Source: Candidatus Magasanikiibacteriota bacterium (GTDB lineage: Bacteria > Patescibacteriota > Patescibacteriia > Magasanikbacterales > 2-02-FULL-50-9b). Taken from it: a stretch of 64,000 nt of DNA. Position numbers and translations under genes: made by a program. The notes under the pieces were generated by a model. That model made no database searches. It saw nothing but the letters and a program-made list of their open reading frames with translations, and was not told the DNA's origin. Location: NCBI GenBank assembly GCA_903893485.1, contig CAITMK010000004.1, positions 431-64,430 of the forward strand, written 5' to 3'. Positions within the stretch are counted from its first letter, which is position 1. Every line of letters begins with the position of its first letter. Positions 46,623 to 57,271 of this stretch are shown piece after piece.

Positions 46623-47911
46623 GGAAGATCTGCGATTTTAAGAAATTCATCCGCGGATTTAAACGGACCGATCACGCCCATCTTTGCATGGTTGAATTTG
46701 AAAATTTCTTTCGCCGCCGCATGCACATCTTTTGGTGTCAGTTTCATGATGCGCGTAAACTTTTCTTCTGGCGTTTCCATTTTTTTCATAAGCAATTTTT
46801 GCTGACCAAAAAAATCTGCAACGCGCGCTGAATCTTCGAATTGCAACGTCATCTTCCCGGCCAAATGATCTTTTGCCATCTGCACTTCTGCATCAGTCAC
46901 ACCATGTTCAACCACGTTTTTCAATTCATCGTAAATCACTTGCATCGCTTCTTTGACGCGTGATTTGTCGAGGCCTGACGTAATGGTAAATGCGCCCGCA
47001 TCACCATAATTGGTGAGGCCGGTGCGAATTAAATAGCAAAGTCCTTTGCGTTCGCGAACACCGATAAATAAGCGCGAGCTCATGGTGCCGCCCAAAATTA
47101 CGTGGAGCAAAAGTAATGCGGCGTTACGTGGATCATCATAATTAAATGCGGGAAATCCAAGCACCGCATGAATTTGATCGGTTTGTTTGAACATGACTTT
47201 AACCGGTGCCTTTTCTGCTTTGCGCGCTGCGTTCCAAGAAAATTCTTTGTACGAACTGCGCGTAGCGCCATGTTTTTTTTCTTTGCCAAAATATTTTTTT
47301 ATTTGGTCGCGCGTTTGTTTGTTGATTTTGCCAGCTAACACCAACACCAAATGTTCTGGTGCGTAAAATTTATTTTTAAATGCAATTAAATTTTTTAAAT
47401 TCATTGCTTTAATATTTTCGGTTGGGCCACCAATGCGAAGCCCGAGGGTATTCCCTGCAAAAATATGTTCCTCGAAAACTTCTTCAACTTTCATGGTTGG
47501 ATTGTCTTCGTACATATTTAATTCTTCAACAATCACACCACGTTCACGTTCAAATTCGCCGGCGTCAAACTTGCTGTTGTAAATCATGTCGGACAATAAA
47601 TCGAGTGCAAGTTCAGTGTGACGCGCGTCAATTTTAATGTAGTACGCGGTGTGATCTTTGCTGGTGTACGCATTGTAATCTGCACCAACCGCGTCGAGCT
47701 GTTTGGACAAAAATTCAGTGGTTGGGCGCTTTTCAGTGCCTTTGAACATCATGTGTTCAATAAAATGTGATCCGCCCCAGAGCGCCTTTGGCTCATAGCG
47801 ACTGCCAACGCCAAAATACGCAAGTGCAGTGACCGCCGCGGTATCTTTGCTTGGCGCAATTACAACTCGCGTCCCGTTTGAAAGCGTGAATGATTCGTAA
47901 GATTTACTCAT
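46613..47911 (-). CDS. M16 family (insulinase/pitrilysin-like) zinc peptidase.
   Basis: Inverted zinc motif HFIEHMMFKGT (HxxEH). Confidence 0.85.
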   Translation of the reverse strand: MSKSYESFTLSNGTRVVIAPSKDTAAVTALAYFGVGSRYEPKALWGGSHFIEHMMFKGTEKRPTTEFLSKQLDAVGADYNAYTSKDHTAYYIKIDARHTELALDLLSDMIYNSKFDAGEFERERGVIVEELNMYEDNPTMKVEEVFEEHIFAGNTLGLRIGGPTENIKAMNLKNLIAFKNKFYAPEHLVLVLAGKINKQTRDQIKKYFGKEKKHGATRSSYKEFSWNAARKAEKAPVKVMFKQTDQIHAVLGFPAFNYDDPRNAALLLLHVILGGTMSSRLFIGVRERKGLCYLIRTGLTNYGDAGAFTITSGLDKSRVKEAMQVIYDELKNVVEHGVTDAEVQMAKDHLAGKMTLQFEDSARVADFFGQQKLLMKKMETPEEKFTRIMKLTPKDVHAAAKEIFKFNHAKMGVIGPFKSADEFLKIADLPWL

Positions 47912-49272
47912 AGGCGTGAAGAAATATAATGGGCGACATCGGGAATTGCGACGCGTACTTGTTCCATGGTGTCACGGTCGCGAATCGTTACCGCACCATC
48001 GGTGATGGTGTCAAAATCGTACGTCACGCAAAACGGCGTGCCAATCTCATCTTGGCGACGATAGCGTTTGCCGATGGATTGTGTTTCATCATAATCAACC
48101 GCCAAATCTGCTTCACGAAGTTGTTGCGCGAGCATGCGTGCGGGCACCGACAACTCTTCTTTTTTAGAAAGTGGGAGCACTGCAACTTTCACTGGCGCCA
48201 TCCAATATGGAAAACGCATTACAATGCGAAGTTCGTTGTCCGCAATATCTTCGTGGTAAGCTTCGAGCATTGCAACGAGCAATGTGCGATCAACACCAAA
48301 CGACGGTTCGATTACGTGCGGTACAATTTTTTCTTTTTGGTCATCAGGATTGGTGAATTTTAAATCCTGGCCACTGTGTTGTTCGTGTTTGCTCAAATCG
48401 TAATCCGTGCGATACGCCAAACCGTATAATTCTTTTTGACCAAACGGATAATCGTATTCAACATCAACCGTGCGCTTGGAATAAAACGCACGATCTTCTT
48501 CTGAAATATCAACAAAATGCAAACGCTCTGGTGCCACACCAATTTTGGTGAGCCACTTTTTCATTGCATCAAGCCAATGTTCAAACTGCTCTGCACTTTC
48601 TTCTTCGCGAATAAAATATTCGATTTCCATTTGTTCAAATTCGCGCTGGCGAAAAATAAAATTGCCCGGCGTAATTTCGTTGCGAAACGCTTTCCCGATT
48701 TGTGCAATACCAAATGGCAAACGGCGACGTGTGGTTTCCAAGACATTTTTAAAATCAACAAACATTGCCTGCGCGGTTTCCGGGCGCATGTACACCACTG
48801 ATGTCTCATCTTGCACGGGGCCCAGATGTGTTTGCAGCATCATGTTGAATTGACGTGGCACACCAAAATCTTTTTTGCCACAGACCGGACATTTTGCGCC
48901 AGAAATATTCCATCCGCCTTCGGCGCCGGCATCCATTACTGCGCCTTCTAAATTATCGACGCGAAGTCGTGCGTGACACGCTTTACATTCCACCATTGGA
49001 TCAGAAAAAGTTGCCACATGCCCCGTTGCAACCCATACTTTTGGATTCATGAGCAGCGCGGCGTCGATACCCACCATGTCGCCACGGCGTTGCACAAACA
49101 TTTTCCACCACATTTGCTTAATGTTGTTTTTTAATTCAACGCCAAGTGGACCGTAGTCCCAAGAATTTGCGAGGCCGCCGTAAATTTCACTGCCTGGATA
49201 AATAAATCCGCGTCGCTTACAGAGCGATACTAATTTCTCCATGAGTTCTGGGCCTCGCAAATTTTCTGCCAT
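47908..49272 (-). CDS. glyQS: Glycine--tRNA ligase (dimeric GlyQS type).
   Basis: 454 aa. N-terminal MAENLRGPELMEKLVSLCKRRGFIYPGSEIYGG is typical of alpha2 GlyRS, with class II motifs. Confidence 0.9.
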   Translation of the reverse strand: MAENLRGPELMEKLVSLCKRRGFIYPGSEIYGGLANSWDYGPLGVELKNNIKQMWWKMFVQRRGDMVGIDAALLMNPKVWVATGHVATFSDPMVECKACHARLRVDNLEGAVMDAGAEGGWNISGAKCPVCGKKDFGVPRQFNMMLQTHLGPVQDETSVVYMRPETAQAMFVDFKNVLETTRRRLPFGIAQIGKAFRNEITPGNFIFRQREFEQMEIEYFIREEESAEQFEHWLDAMKKWLTKIGVAPERLHFVDISEEDRAFYSKRTVDVEYDYPFGQKELYGLAYRTDYDLSKHEQHSGQDLKFTNPDDQKEKIVPHVIEPSFGVDRTLLVAMLEAYHEDIADNELRIVMRFPYWMAPVKVAVLPLSKKEELSVPARMLAQQLREADLAVDYDETQSIGKRYRRQDEIGTPFCVTYDFDTITDGAVTIRDRDTMEQVRVAIPDVAHYISSRL

Positions 49273-49282
49273 ACATCCAAAA

Positions 49283-49831
49283 TTAGATAGTCATGATTTC
49301 TTTTGATTTGTCTTCGGCGATTGATTTTAATTTTTCATTAAATTCCTTAACTGCAGCGTCGAGTTGATCGCAAAACATGTAGCGATTATCTTCGGGAAGT
49401 TCGCCCGATTCTTCTGCGGCAATAATTGAAGTACGAATTTCATCGCGAACTTTGCGAACACGAATGCGCGCTTCTTCTTCTTTTTGACCAACAATTTTCA
49501 CCAGCGCTTTGCGATTATCTTCGGTCATTGGTGGCATGTTAATACGAATTGCCTTGCCATCGTTCACTGGATTGATACCTAAGTTTGCATTACGAATTCC
49601 CTCTTCGATTGCTTTCATGAGTGATTTGTCCCATGGTTCAATTGCCAATGATTTTGCGTCGGTAACACTAATTGAAGCAACGCCTTTGATTGCCATTGGC
49701 GCGCCGTATGCGTCGATGATGATATTTTCAACCAAAGCTGGTGATGCGCGGCCCGTGCGAAGTTGTGATAATTCTGCGTTCAAAAATTCAACAACGTCTT
49801 GAAGTCCTTCCTTTGCGGTTTCGATGTACAT
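49283..49831 (-). CDS. frr: Ribosome recycling factor.
   Basis: Frr-like sequence. Start placed at the internal Met (MYIETAKEG), which abuts the upstream gene. Confidence 0.85.
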   Translation of the reverse strand: MYIETAKEGLQDVVEFLNAELSQLRTGRASPALVENIIIDAYGAPMAIKGVASISVTDAKSLAIEPWDKSLMKAIEEGIRNANLGINPVNDGKAIRINMPPMTEDNRKALVKIVGQKEEEARIRVRKVRDEIRTSIIAAEESGELPEDNRYMFCDQLDAAVKEFNEKLKSIAEDKSKEIMTI

Positions 49832-49832
49832 A

Positions 49833-50939
49833 TTATTGAGCCGGATTCCACGCAGCGAGCCAAATAAGGTCTGAATCTGCAACGCCAGCGGCGCCTTTCA
49901 AATTCTGAACATTGAGCTGTTTTACCACGCGAGCCGTTGGAATACGCTTGGTTGTCCAGGTGTTTCCCCCGTCAACTGAGCGATAAAATGCCTTTGGCGT
50001 GCCGTAATAAATGTGCGCTGGATTAACCGGATTTATTGCTAATGAGATAATTTGGGTTTCATTTGGGGCGGTCAAAAGCTGATAAGCCTCCCATGAAGCG
50101 CCCCCGTCTTCGGAGTGCAAAATACCATAAGCCGTGCCAATGAGCAAGGCGTCTTCTTTGGTTGGATCAATCGCAATTGCGAATACGTCATCGGCACCAC
50201 GGAACTTTTTAGAATCCTCGGTACGTGCCCAAGTTACACCCGCGTCTGATGTTTTCCATAAACCACCTTGTGCGGTACCCACATAGACCACGCCATCCTT
50301 TGTTGGATGTGGCACAATCGAACGAATACGCTTGCCCGCGAAGCTGGTAAGTTTTACCCACGACTGCCCACCGTTGTCGGTGCGAAACATGTCGCCTGCT
50401 GAATTACCTAAGTAAATTTGCAACCGATTTTTTGGATTAATGGCAATCGCGCCAAATTGTTGCGCTGCAATTTCGCTGGTGCTGAGCATGCCCCATGAGC
50501 GACCACAGTTAATGGTGCGCACCACGTAACTTGCACCAGCTGGATTTGTTGTTGCGGCATACACCACACAACTATTTGCCGGATCAACTGCAATTGCGTT
50601 TACGCGCGAGGTGGTAAGTTGCAATTCTGCAGGGGCATAATTTTTTGCAATCTGCCAACCTTCGCCGCCGTCTGATGAATATAAAATGCCGTTCGCCATG
50701 GTGCCAGCCCACAGAGATTTTGAATCTGATGGATCGATTGCAAAGGTGTTAATGTCGAGCGTTGCAAAAGACATTGGCGCGCCCGTTGAGAACAAGCTGC
50801 TTTTTGCAAGCCATGTGGTGCCTGAATCGCCGGATACAAACATGCCACCATCAGGAAGCACCGGAGCCGTTGAGCAGCCAGCGCCCAAAAGCACCAGCGC
50901 GGCGCCCAAAAGCGCAAAAGAAACGTATTTTTTTTGCAT
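49833..50939 (-). CDS. Lipoprotein with BNR/Asp-box (sortilin/Ycf48-like) beta-propeller repeats.
   Basis: Lipobox LLGAGCS. Repeated S-x-D-x-G-x-T-W motifs (SGDSGTTW, SSDGGEGW, TDNGGQSW, SEDGGASW, SVDGGNTW). Confidence 0.7.
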   Translation of the reverse strand: MQKKYVSFALLGAALVLLGAGCSTAPVLPDGGMFVSGDSGTTWLAKSSLFSTGAPMSFATLDINTFAIDPSDSKSLWAGTMANGILYSSDGGEGWQIAKNYAPAELQLTTSRVNAIAVDPANSCVVYAATTNPAGASYVVRTINCGRSWGMLSTSEIAAQQFGAIAINPKNRLQIYLGNSAGDMFRTDNGGQSWVKLTSFAGKRIRSIVPHPTKDGVVYVGTAQGGLWKTSDAGVTWARTEDSKKFRGADDVFAIAIDPTKEDALLIGTAYGILHSEDGGASWEAYQLLTAPNETQIISLAINPVNPAHIYYGTPKAFYRSVDGGNTWTTKRIPTARVVKQLNVQNLKGAAGVADSDLIWLAAWNPAQ

Positions 50940-50971
50940 ACAAAATAACTAAAATTAGTGGGGCAAGTATA

Positions 50972-51847
50972 TCACGAGCGCAGTGCAATCACAATTCGCT
51001 CGGCAATGAGCCGTGGATGCATATTTTGAAACAAGAGCGGGTGCAATTTTGCAATTGTTGCAATTGCCATGTGGCCTGGTTTTTTTTCGGTCAGCCATTG
51101 CATCCACCATTCAAACATTTCGCCCAAGTTTTGACGCGCCTCTATGTGGCGATCCTTTTTTTCAAATAAATCGGCGAGCCGTTTTTCGGCGGCAATAAAA
51201 CTTTCGGCGCCGAGTACATCAAAAAACCGTGCACGTTCATTGGTGTAGCGTTCACGAAACGAGGTGTCTTCCATAAACTTAATTGCAACGCCTGGGCGGC
51301 CTGCCGCGGCGCGCACCGCGTCGGGAATCATGAGCGACGACGCACCTGATGCACGAAGCCCTTCGGTAAGCGTGGCGTCGGGCACACCGCTGAGGCGAAA
51401 CATTGCCGCGCGCGACCTGATTGTTTGCAACACATTATCCTCGTGGCTGGCGAGCACAAAAAAATAGAGTTGGCGGCCTGGCTCTTCGAGAATTTTTAAA
51501 AGCGCGTTACCTGATTCTGCCTGCAACTCTTCGGCGCGTTCAATAATAATGATGAACGGTGTTCCCTGCGCAAGATGAAATAAATGGCGAATGCTACGAA
51601 CTTCAGCAACCGGGATCGCAGCACGTGGCGTGCCGGTTTTTGGATCCTCACCCGCCCGCAGACGAAAAATCGCCGGATGCGTTGTTGCGGCTTCGTACGA
51701 AATATTCAAAAGGCGCGCTGCCAAAAATGTTGCAAACGTATTTTTACCAACGCTTGGCGGCCCAACAAAAACAGTGGTTTGGGCCAGCGCGTCTGGTTTT
51801 ATATTTTCAAAATATTTTTGAATGCGTTCGTTGCCAATTAAATTCAT
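50972..51847 (-). CDS. holB: DNA polymerase III delta-prime subunit (clamp-loader AAA+).
   Basis: VFVGPPSVGK Walker A, LLKILEEP motif, SRA sensor-like. Confidence 0.65.
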   Translation of the reverse strand: MNLIGNERIQKYFENIKPDALAQTTVFVGPPSVGKNTFATFLAARLLNISYEAATTHPAIFRLRAGEDPKTGTPRAAIPVAEVRSIRHLFHLAQGTPFIIIIERAEELQAESGNALLKILEEPGRQLYFFVLASHEDNVLQTIRSRAAMFRLSGVPDATLTEGLRASGASSLMIPDAVRAAAGRPGVAIKFMEDTSFRERYTNERARFFDVLGAESFIAAEKRLADLFEKKDRHIEARQNLGEMFEWWMQWLTEKKPGHMAIATIAKLHPLLFQNMHPRLIAERIVIALRS

Positions 51848-52920
51848 AGTGCCCGGTAGGTCAACGCGGCGGTTTTTTCCCATGAAAAATTTTGCAGGCG
51901 TTCGCGGCCACGCGAAATTAATTCATGACGCGCGGTTTCATTTTGTAACAATGTGATTACGGCTGCTGATAATTCATCTTCCGATGAAACAATTTTTGCA
52001 GCTTCATCTGCAACCTCACACACTGAGCCCGAATCCCACGCAACAACCGGCACGCTTGCCGCAAACGCTTCGAGCAGTGGCAAGCCAAAACCTTCGTAGC
52101 GCGTGGGGAAAACAAAAACCGCAGCGTGTTCATATAATGCCGCGCGCGTTGCATTATCGACAAAGCCTAATTCGTGAATGGCGCTGTGCGCGGGGCTTGC
52201 AGCGATTTGCAATTTTATTTTTTCATAGCCAACTCCTGGCGGACCAGCTAACAAAAGCTGCGCGCCCGTTGCTGTATTTATTTTTTCAAACGCGCGAACA
52301 AGGCGATCAATTCCCTTTTTATATTCCACACGGCCTACCGCCAAAATGTAACGCGCCGCAGCAACCGCGGGCAAAAAAGCACTTGGCTCTGCGGCGATTG
52401 GTAACGCCAATGGCGTTACCACGATTTTTTCTGGCGCGACGTGTAATAATTCTATCAATTTATTTTTTGTTTCGTTTGATGGCACTAATATTTTCTTCGC
52501 ACAAAAAATATTTCGGCGCGTCATTAGTTTTGCAAATAATTTTTCCGACCATGAATAACTTTCAGAGTCCCAAAAAAATGCGATATCGTGAATGGTGATT
52601 ACTAAATTACGCGGCGCAAAAAATGGTGCCACATGACCGGGTGTAAAAAAAACTTTTTTTGTTTTTGTTCGCGCGGCACGTGCCCATGCAAAACTCAAAC
52701 AAACTTGCGTCCACAAATATTTTGGTGGCCAAGGCAAAAATTTCCACGATACATTTGGCGTATCAATACATTTTTCTGATTTTGCCCACGCTGGTGCATA
52801 CAAAAAAAATTGATCCTCTGGGTGCGCGGCAACAAGTGCCCGAATAATTTCACACACATAAATCCCCACGCCCGTTGGCGCGCTCACACAGGCACGTGAA
52901 GCATCCACGTGAATCTCCAT
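51844..52920 (-). CDS. GT4-family (GT-B fold) glycosyltransferase.
   Basis: EGFGLPLLEAFAASVPVV motif. Start placed at the internal Met to avoid overlapping mreB. Confidence 0.75.
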   Translation of the reverse strand: MEIHVDASRACVSAPTGVGIYVCEIIRALVAAHPEDQFFLYAPAWAKSEKCIDTPNVSWKFLPWPPKYLWTQVCLSFAWARAARTKTKKVFFTPGHVAPFFAPRNLVITIHDIAFFWDSESYSWSEKLFAKLMTRRNIFCAKKILVPSNETKNKLIELLHVAPEKIVVTPLALPIAAEPSAFLPAVAAARYILAVGRVEYKKGIDRLVRAFEKINTATGAQLLLAGPPGVGYEKIKLQIAASPAHSAIHELGFVDNATRAALYEHAAVFVFPTRYEGFGLPLLEAFAASVPVVAWDSGSVCEVADEAAKIVSSEDELSAAVITLLQNETARHELISRGRERLQNFSWEKTAALTYRAL

Positions 52921-52921
52921 A

Positions 52922-53929
52922 TTATTTTGTTGCCAAAATACTGCGCTTGTATGCGTCCAAATTTTCGAGTGCAATACCCGTGCCCTTAACCACACACAAA
53001 AGTGGCTCATCAGCCACGTGCGCTGGCACACCAGTGGATTCCGTCAACAACACATCCAAATTACGAAGCAAGCTGGTACCGCCAGATAAAACCATTCCTT
53101 TTTCCATCACATCCGCAGAAAGTTCTGGCGGCGTTTTGTACAACACATCTTTCACCGCTTGCACAAAACCTTCGAGCTCGTGCTGAATCGCATCAGTTAC
53201 ATCGTCACTCGTGACCGTCAAAATGCGCGGCAAGCCTGAAACCATATCGCGACCCTTAATTTCGATAGATAATTTCTTTTCCAAATACATGGCGCTCCCA
53301 ACTTCAATTTTAATTTCTTCTGCGGTGCGCTCGCCCACAGCCAAACCGTATTTACGACGGATGTGTTCGGCGATTGCTGCGTCCAATTTATTACCACCAA
53401 TACGCACGGAACCGCTGGACACAATACCGCCAAGCGAAATAACTGCAATTTCTGCAGTGCCACCACCGGTGTTTACAATCATATGGCCACTTGCCGACCC
53501 GATTGGAATGTCCGCGCCAATTGCAGCCACAATTGGCTCTTTAATAATGTACGCAGCTTTTGCACCAGCTGCGAGCGTTGCATCAATAACCGCGCGACGT
53601 TCAGTTGAAGTAATGCCACCTGGCACCGAAACCATAACTTCAGGGCGAAACAATCGCATGCCGCCAACCGCTTTATTAATAAAATAGCGAAGCATTGCTT
53701 CGGTCACGCGATAATCCGCGATCACACCATCTTTGAGTGGGCGCAGCGCAACAATGGTGTCTGGCGTACGACCAAGCATGTCTTTTGCTTCTTTGCCCAC
53801 GGCCAAAACTTTTTTATCTACTTTTGAAATTGCAACCACGGATGGTTCATTAATAATGATGCCGCGTTTTGGCACATACACCAAAATATTTGTCGTTCCT
53901 AAATCAATACCGATTTTTGCAACCATCAT
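52922..53929 (-). CDS. mreB: Rod shape-determining actin homologue MreB.
   Basis: [14 protein letters not shown] phosphate-1 motif. Confidence 0.9.
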   Translation of the reverse strand: MMVAKIGIDLGTTNILVYVPKRGIIINEPSVVAISKVDKKVLAVGKEAKDMLGRTPDTIVALRPLKDGVIADYRVTEAMLRYFINKAVGGMRLFRPEVMVSVPGGITSTERRAVIDATLAAGAKAAYIIKEPIVAAIGADIPIGSASGHMIVNTGGGTAEIAVISLGGIVSSGSVRIGGNKLDAAIAEHIRRKYGLAVGERTAEEIKIEVGSAMYLEKKLSIEIKGRDMVSGLPRILTVTSDDVTDAIQHELEGFVQAVKDVLYKTPPELSADVMEKGMVLSGGTSLLRNLDVLLTESTGVPAHVADEPLLCVVKGTGIALENLDAYKRSILATK

Positions 53930-53941
53930 ACCGTTCGAATA

Positions 53942-55378
53942 TTACCATTGTACCGAAAAATTTTGATCAGTTTTGAGCGTGCCCTGCCAATCGTACGCAC
54001 CATCACCAAAATGTGCGGGCGCTTCTGGTGGCGTTGCCTGTCCTAGGGTTGTACCAAAATCATCGTGTATCGTCAAATCAAATTGTGGCAAACCAAGTTG
54101 CTTTTGAACAAACAACCTATAGTGATGTGCGGCAATTGCCTGTAAAACCTCTGGCGCTGGGGTAAAACGAAATGTTACGGTGTGCGAAGTGCCCGGCTCG
54201 ACCGAAACAAACGCACCAACTGACAAAAATCCATCTTCATGTTCCTGCCCAAACTCGCCAGGCTTTGTTATTTTGTCGCCCGACATCGCACCATCGCCGC
54301 CTAAAAAGGTTGCGTTGCCCGGCACGAACACACGCAAATACGTTCGGTAACGCGTAGTGCGATAATCAAAGCTGCCCGTGTGTTTATATGTTACCGCAAC
54401 CGATTCTTCCCACGCACCAGTTTTATTTTGAGCAAGTGAAACTACCGCGGAGCGATCAATTACACGATCTGTTTTAAGCGCGGCCAAATTCGCATCAACA
54501 ATTTGCAACTTATCGGGCGTTCCTGGCAGCATGCGGCCAGACCATTGCAACGCATCGAGCGAGCGCTGCACTGCTGGATCAATATCATATATCATGACAT
54601 GACGATTTTTAATAAGTTCAAATCCATCTTGCAAAAGCGCACCCCAACTTGTTGGCGAAATTACTGCCATGCGCTGCGCAAGTACGCCGGCCAACTTTCC
54701 CAAAATTTCTTTTCGCTTTTCTGTTGGAATTTGTTTGTGCGTAAAATCAACTTCAACCGAATATTCAAGTAAATCTGAAATCGTATCTGAGGTAAATGTA
54801 ACGTCATCAATCGTAATTGGCCCGGTATATTTCATGAGCGTTTGCAAAACCTCTGGTGTGATTGCAACAACCGTATGCACATCGGCTGCCTGCGCACCAC
54901 CTTCTGCGGCATAAAATTGCAACGCACGTTGCGCATCTGTTACAAAATCTGGCGACCAATTTGAATCACGAAAAAACCAACGCGTTGATTGTAAATATGT
55001 TTGTAATGCCTGTGGTGGTGCAACTTCAAAACTTCCCGGCGCTGCATCATCAATTTTTTCAGTGCCTTCGATTTTCATTTTTGTTGGCACACCATGATCA
55101 AATGTCACTAATCCGTACGAACCAATAAATCCACCGCCCGGACGCAATTCAGTATTATTTAAAAACAAAAATAAAACCGTATTCGGATGATCAATGCCAA
55201 GCACCCGCGGCACGACTCCTCCAACGGGCAGTGCTGAAGGATTTGTTTTCTCAATTACGGAATCAATGATGCGGGCCGCAAACACGCTGCTGTGCGTAAC
55301 TGCCCACAAGGAGCCCGCACCAGTAGCCCCAACAATTACGGCCAAGCCAAGTGCGATAAAGAGCGATTTTTTTTTCAT
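53942..55378 (-). CDS. DUF4012 domain secreted/membrane-anchored protein.
   Basis: N-terminal anchor. RPGGGFIGSYG motif characteristic of DUF4012. Confidence 0.6.
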   Translation of the reverse strand: MKKKSLFIALGLAVIVGATGAGSLWAVTHSSVFAARIIDSVIEKTNPSALPVGGVVPRVLGIDHPNTVLFLFLNNTELRPGGGFIGSYGLVTFDHGVPTKMKIEGTEKIDDAAPGSFEVAPPQALQTYLQSTRWFFRDSNWSPDFVTDAQRALQFYAAEGGAQAADVHTVVAITPEVLQTLMKYTGPITIDDVTFTSDTISDLLEYSVEVDFTHKQIPTEKRKEILGKLAGVLAQRMAVISPTSWGALLQDGFELIKNRHVMIYDIDPAVQRSLDALQWSGRMLPGTPDKLQIVDANLAALKTDRVIDRSAVVSLAQNKTGAWEESVAVTYKHTGSFDYRTTRYRTYLRVFVPGNATFLGGDGAMSGDKITKPGEFGQEHEDGFLSVGAFVSVEPGTSHTVTFRFTPAPEVLQAIAAHHYRLFVQKQLGLPQFDLTIHDDFGTTLGQATPPEAPAHFGDGAYDWQGTLKTDQNFSVQW

Positions 55379-55379
55379 A

Positions 55380-56909
55380 TTATTTGGTAGCGATGGATGC
55401 TAAATCTTCGGCATGCATACGCTTCTTCTGTGATACATTAAACCCTAAATAGCGGCCGAACAGCAAGCGCGTCGTTGCGTCGAGCGCTGGAAGTGCTGAG
55501 AAAAAAATCATGGACACGGGCACTAAAATCCACTGCAAAAACATAAACAACCACGCGTGCTTTTTTGCATGTCGTGGCGGCGGCGGCAATAATTTGGTGG
55601 ATAAAATAATACTCAGTACAATGCCACTCATGGAAATAATCATGAGCCATTCCAAAATATGCGGCGTGTTTTGAAATAACACGGTGCGGCGTACTTCATC
55701 GCCCGCAACGAGTAGCGGTAAACGACCAAAAACTAAAATGAAAATTGAGGTGGTGCACCAAGAAAATTTACCTTCCCACTGCACGAAAATTTTATGCACG
55801 CGTTCCCAAAATGGAATCTCATGATGTTTTGGAAAATGCCACAGCATAAATGGAATATGCTCCGCGCCCCATGCCCAGCGACGTTGCTGTTTGTACAAAT
55901 TCACCACCGATTTTTTGAACGAACGATCCGCAACCGTATCCATGGAAACTGGAATATACATTGGTACCACTTCATAGTTGCCGCCATATTTTAAATAGCA
56001 CTGCAACATGATACGCGAATCTTCACTCACAATATTTTTTTGCCAAAAACCAACATCAACCAGCGCCTCAAAACTCATGCTGTGCGATGAAAATGTACCC
56101 AAAAGTTCTGGTCGCGCAAACGCAAAAAGTAAATAAAACGTGGTACCAAACGCCATAATGCGCAGCGGCGCCGCAGATTCCCAAATATTATTATTGTACA
56201 GCGCAACCGGCTGAAACGATGCGTGTGTTGGATTTGGATGCGTGGCATACATGTATGTGAGACATGCAAAATACGATGGATGAATAATCGTATCGATATC
56301 GAACGCGGACACAATAATATTTTTGTACACAATCCCGCGTGCATCAAACCATTTTTGAACTTCATGCCCCGCGTAATGCAAATTCGACCCCTTGCCTGGA
56401 ATTTCGCCAGGTAAATTTTTTGGATGCACCGTAAGCACAAAACCAAAAAAATGTTTTTCGTATTCTTTTTGAATGTGTTCTGCGAACGTGTGAAAATGTT
56501 CCGCCTGACGCTCTTCGCCCGCAAGCACCACGACCATGCGATTTGATGGAAATTTAGAACTCAATAATGCATCAAGTGTAGTACGAACCACTTCTTCATC
56601 TTCATTATAGATCGGCAAAAAAATACAGTGCACGTAATTTTCGGTGGCCGTGCCCAAACTTTTTACGCGCGCCATCCAATCGGTGCGACGAGAAACTTCA
56701 AATTCGCGCCATGATGAGAGCAAGAAAAAAATATAATACACCACGCGGAATACCCAATATAAATCGAATAAAAGAATCGCGTAGATCACCCAGAGCGGAC
56801 GCACAAAACTACAAATTGTAGCACCAATTAAAGATCCCCACACCAAAAGACCTGGAAGCATTTCGTACAAACGATATTTTTGATAGTTGGTCAATCGAAA
56901 CGAAATCAT
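55380..56909 (-). CDS. Processive GT2 glycosyltransferase (cellulose/chitin-synthase-like) membrane protein.
   Basis: DxD motifs and QQRRWAWG (QxxRW). N- and C-terminal TM clusters. Confidence 0.75.
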   Translation of the reverse strand: MISFRLTNYQKYRLYEMLPGLLVWGSLIGATICSFVRPLWVIYAILLFDLYWVFRVVYYIFFLLSSWREFEVSRRTDWMARVKSLGTATENYVHCIFLPIYNEDEEVVRTTLDALLSSKFPSNRMVVVLAGEERQAEHFHTFAEHIQKEYEKHFFGFVLTVHPKNLPGEIPGKGSNLHYAGHEVQKWFDARGIVYKNIIVSAFDIDTIIHPSYFACLTYMYATHPNPTHASFQPVALYNNNIWESAAPLRIMAFGTTFYLLFAFARPELLGTFSSHSMSFEALVDVGFWQKNIVSEDSRIMLQCYLKYGGNYEVVPMYIPVSMDTVADRSFKKSVVNLYKQQRRWAWGAEHIPFMLWHFPKHHEIPFWERVHKIFVQWEGKFSWCTTSIFILVFGRLPLLVAGDEVRRTVLFQNTPHILEWLMIISMSGIVLSIILSTKLLPPPPRHAKKHAWLFMFLQWILVPVSMIFFSALPALDATTRLLFGRYLGFNVSQKKRMHAEDLASIATK

Positions 56910-57271
56910 GTTGGCATGGTGATATGTGCCTCACGCTGATATGAAAACGTGCTAGCATGTGCCAGCGCAAATGCAATTTGTTCTGGCGTTTCAATTTCGC
57001 TTTCGACAAAATGAATTGGTGTGCTGCGCGTTGCCGCAAACACATTTGCCGCAACGAGCGCTGCGCGGCTTGCTGAAAACGACCCAATATGTGCGCGCAC
57101 TATAACCGCGGTGAATTTTTGGCGCACGCGAGCCACGGTTGCAATTACATCCCCGCCCTGCGGCACTACTTCAGAAAAAGGAAATTTATTTTTTGCAAGC
57201 ACCCGCACTAACATGCCACCTTCGGCGCGCGGTTCAAGTACTAAATAAATTGGATCTGCTATTTTTTTCAT
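56906..57271 (-). CDS. Short TsaB/YeaZ-like (inactive Kae1 homologue) protein.
   Basis: 121 aa. HIGSFSASRAALVAANVFA resembles the GPGSFTGxRIG region. Shorter than typical TsaB. Confidence 0.35.
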   Translation of the reverse strand: MKKIADPIYLVLEPRAEGGMLVRVLAKNKFPFSEVVPQGGDVIATVARVRQKFTAVIVRAHIGSFSASRAALVAANVFAATRSTPIHFVESEIETPEQIAFALAHASTFSYQREAHITMPT

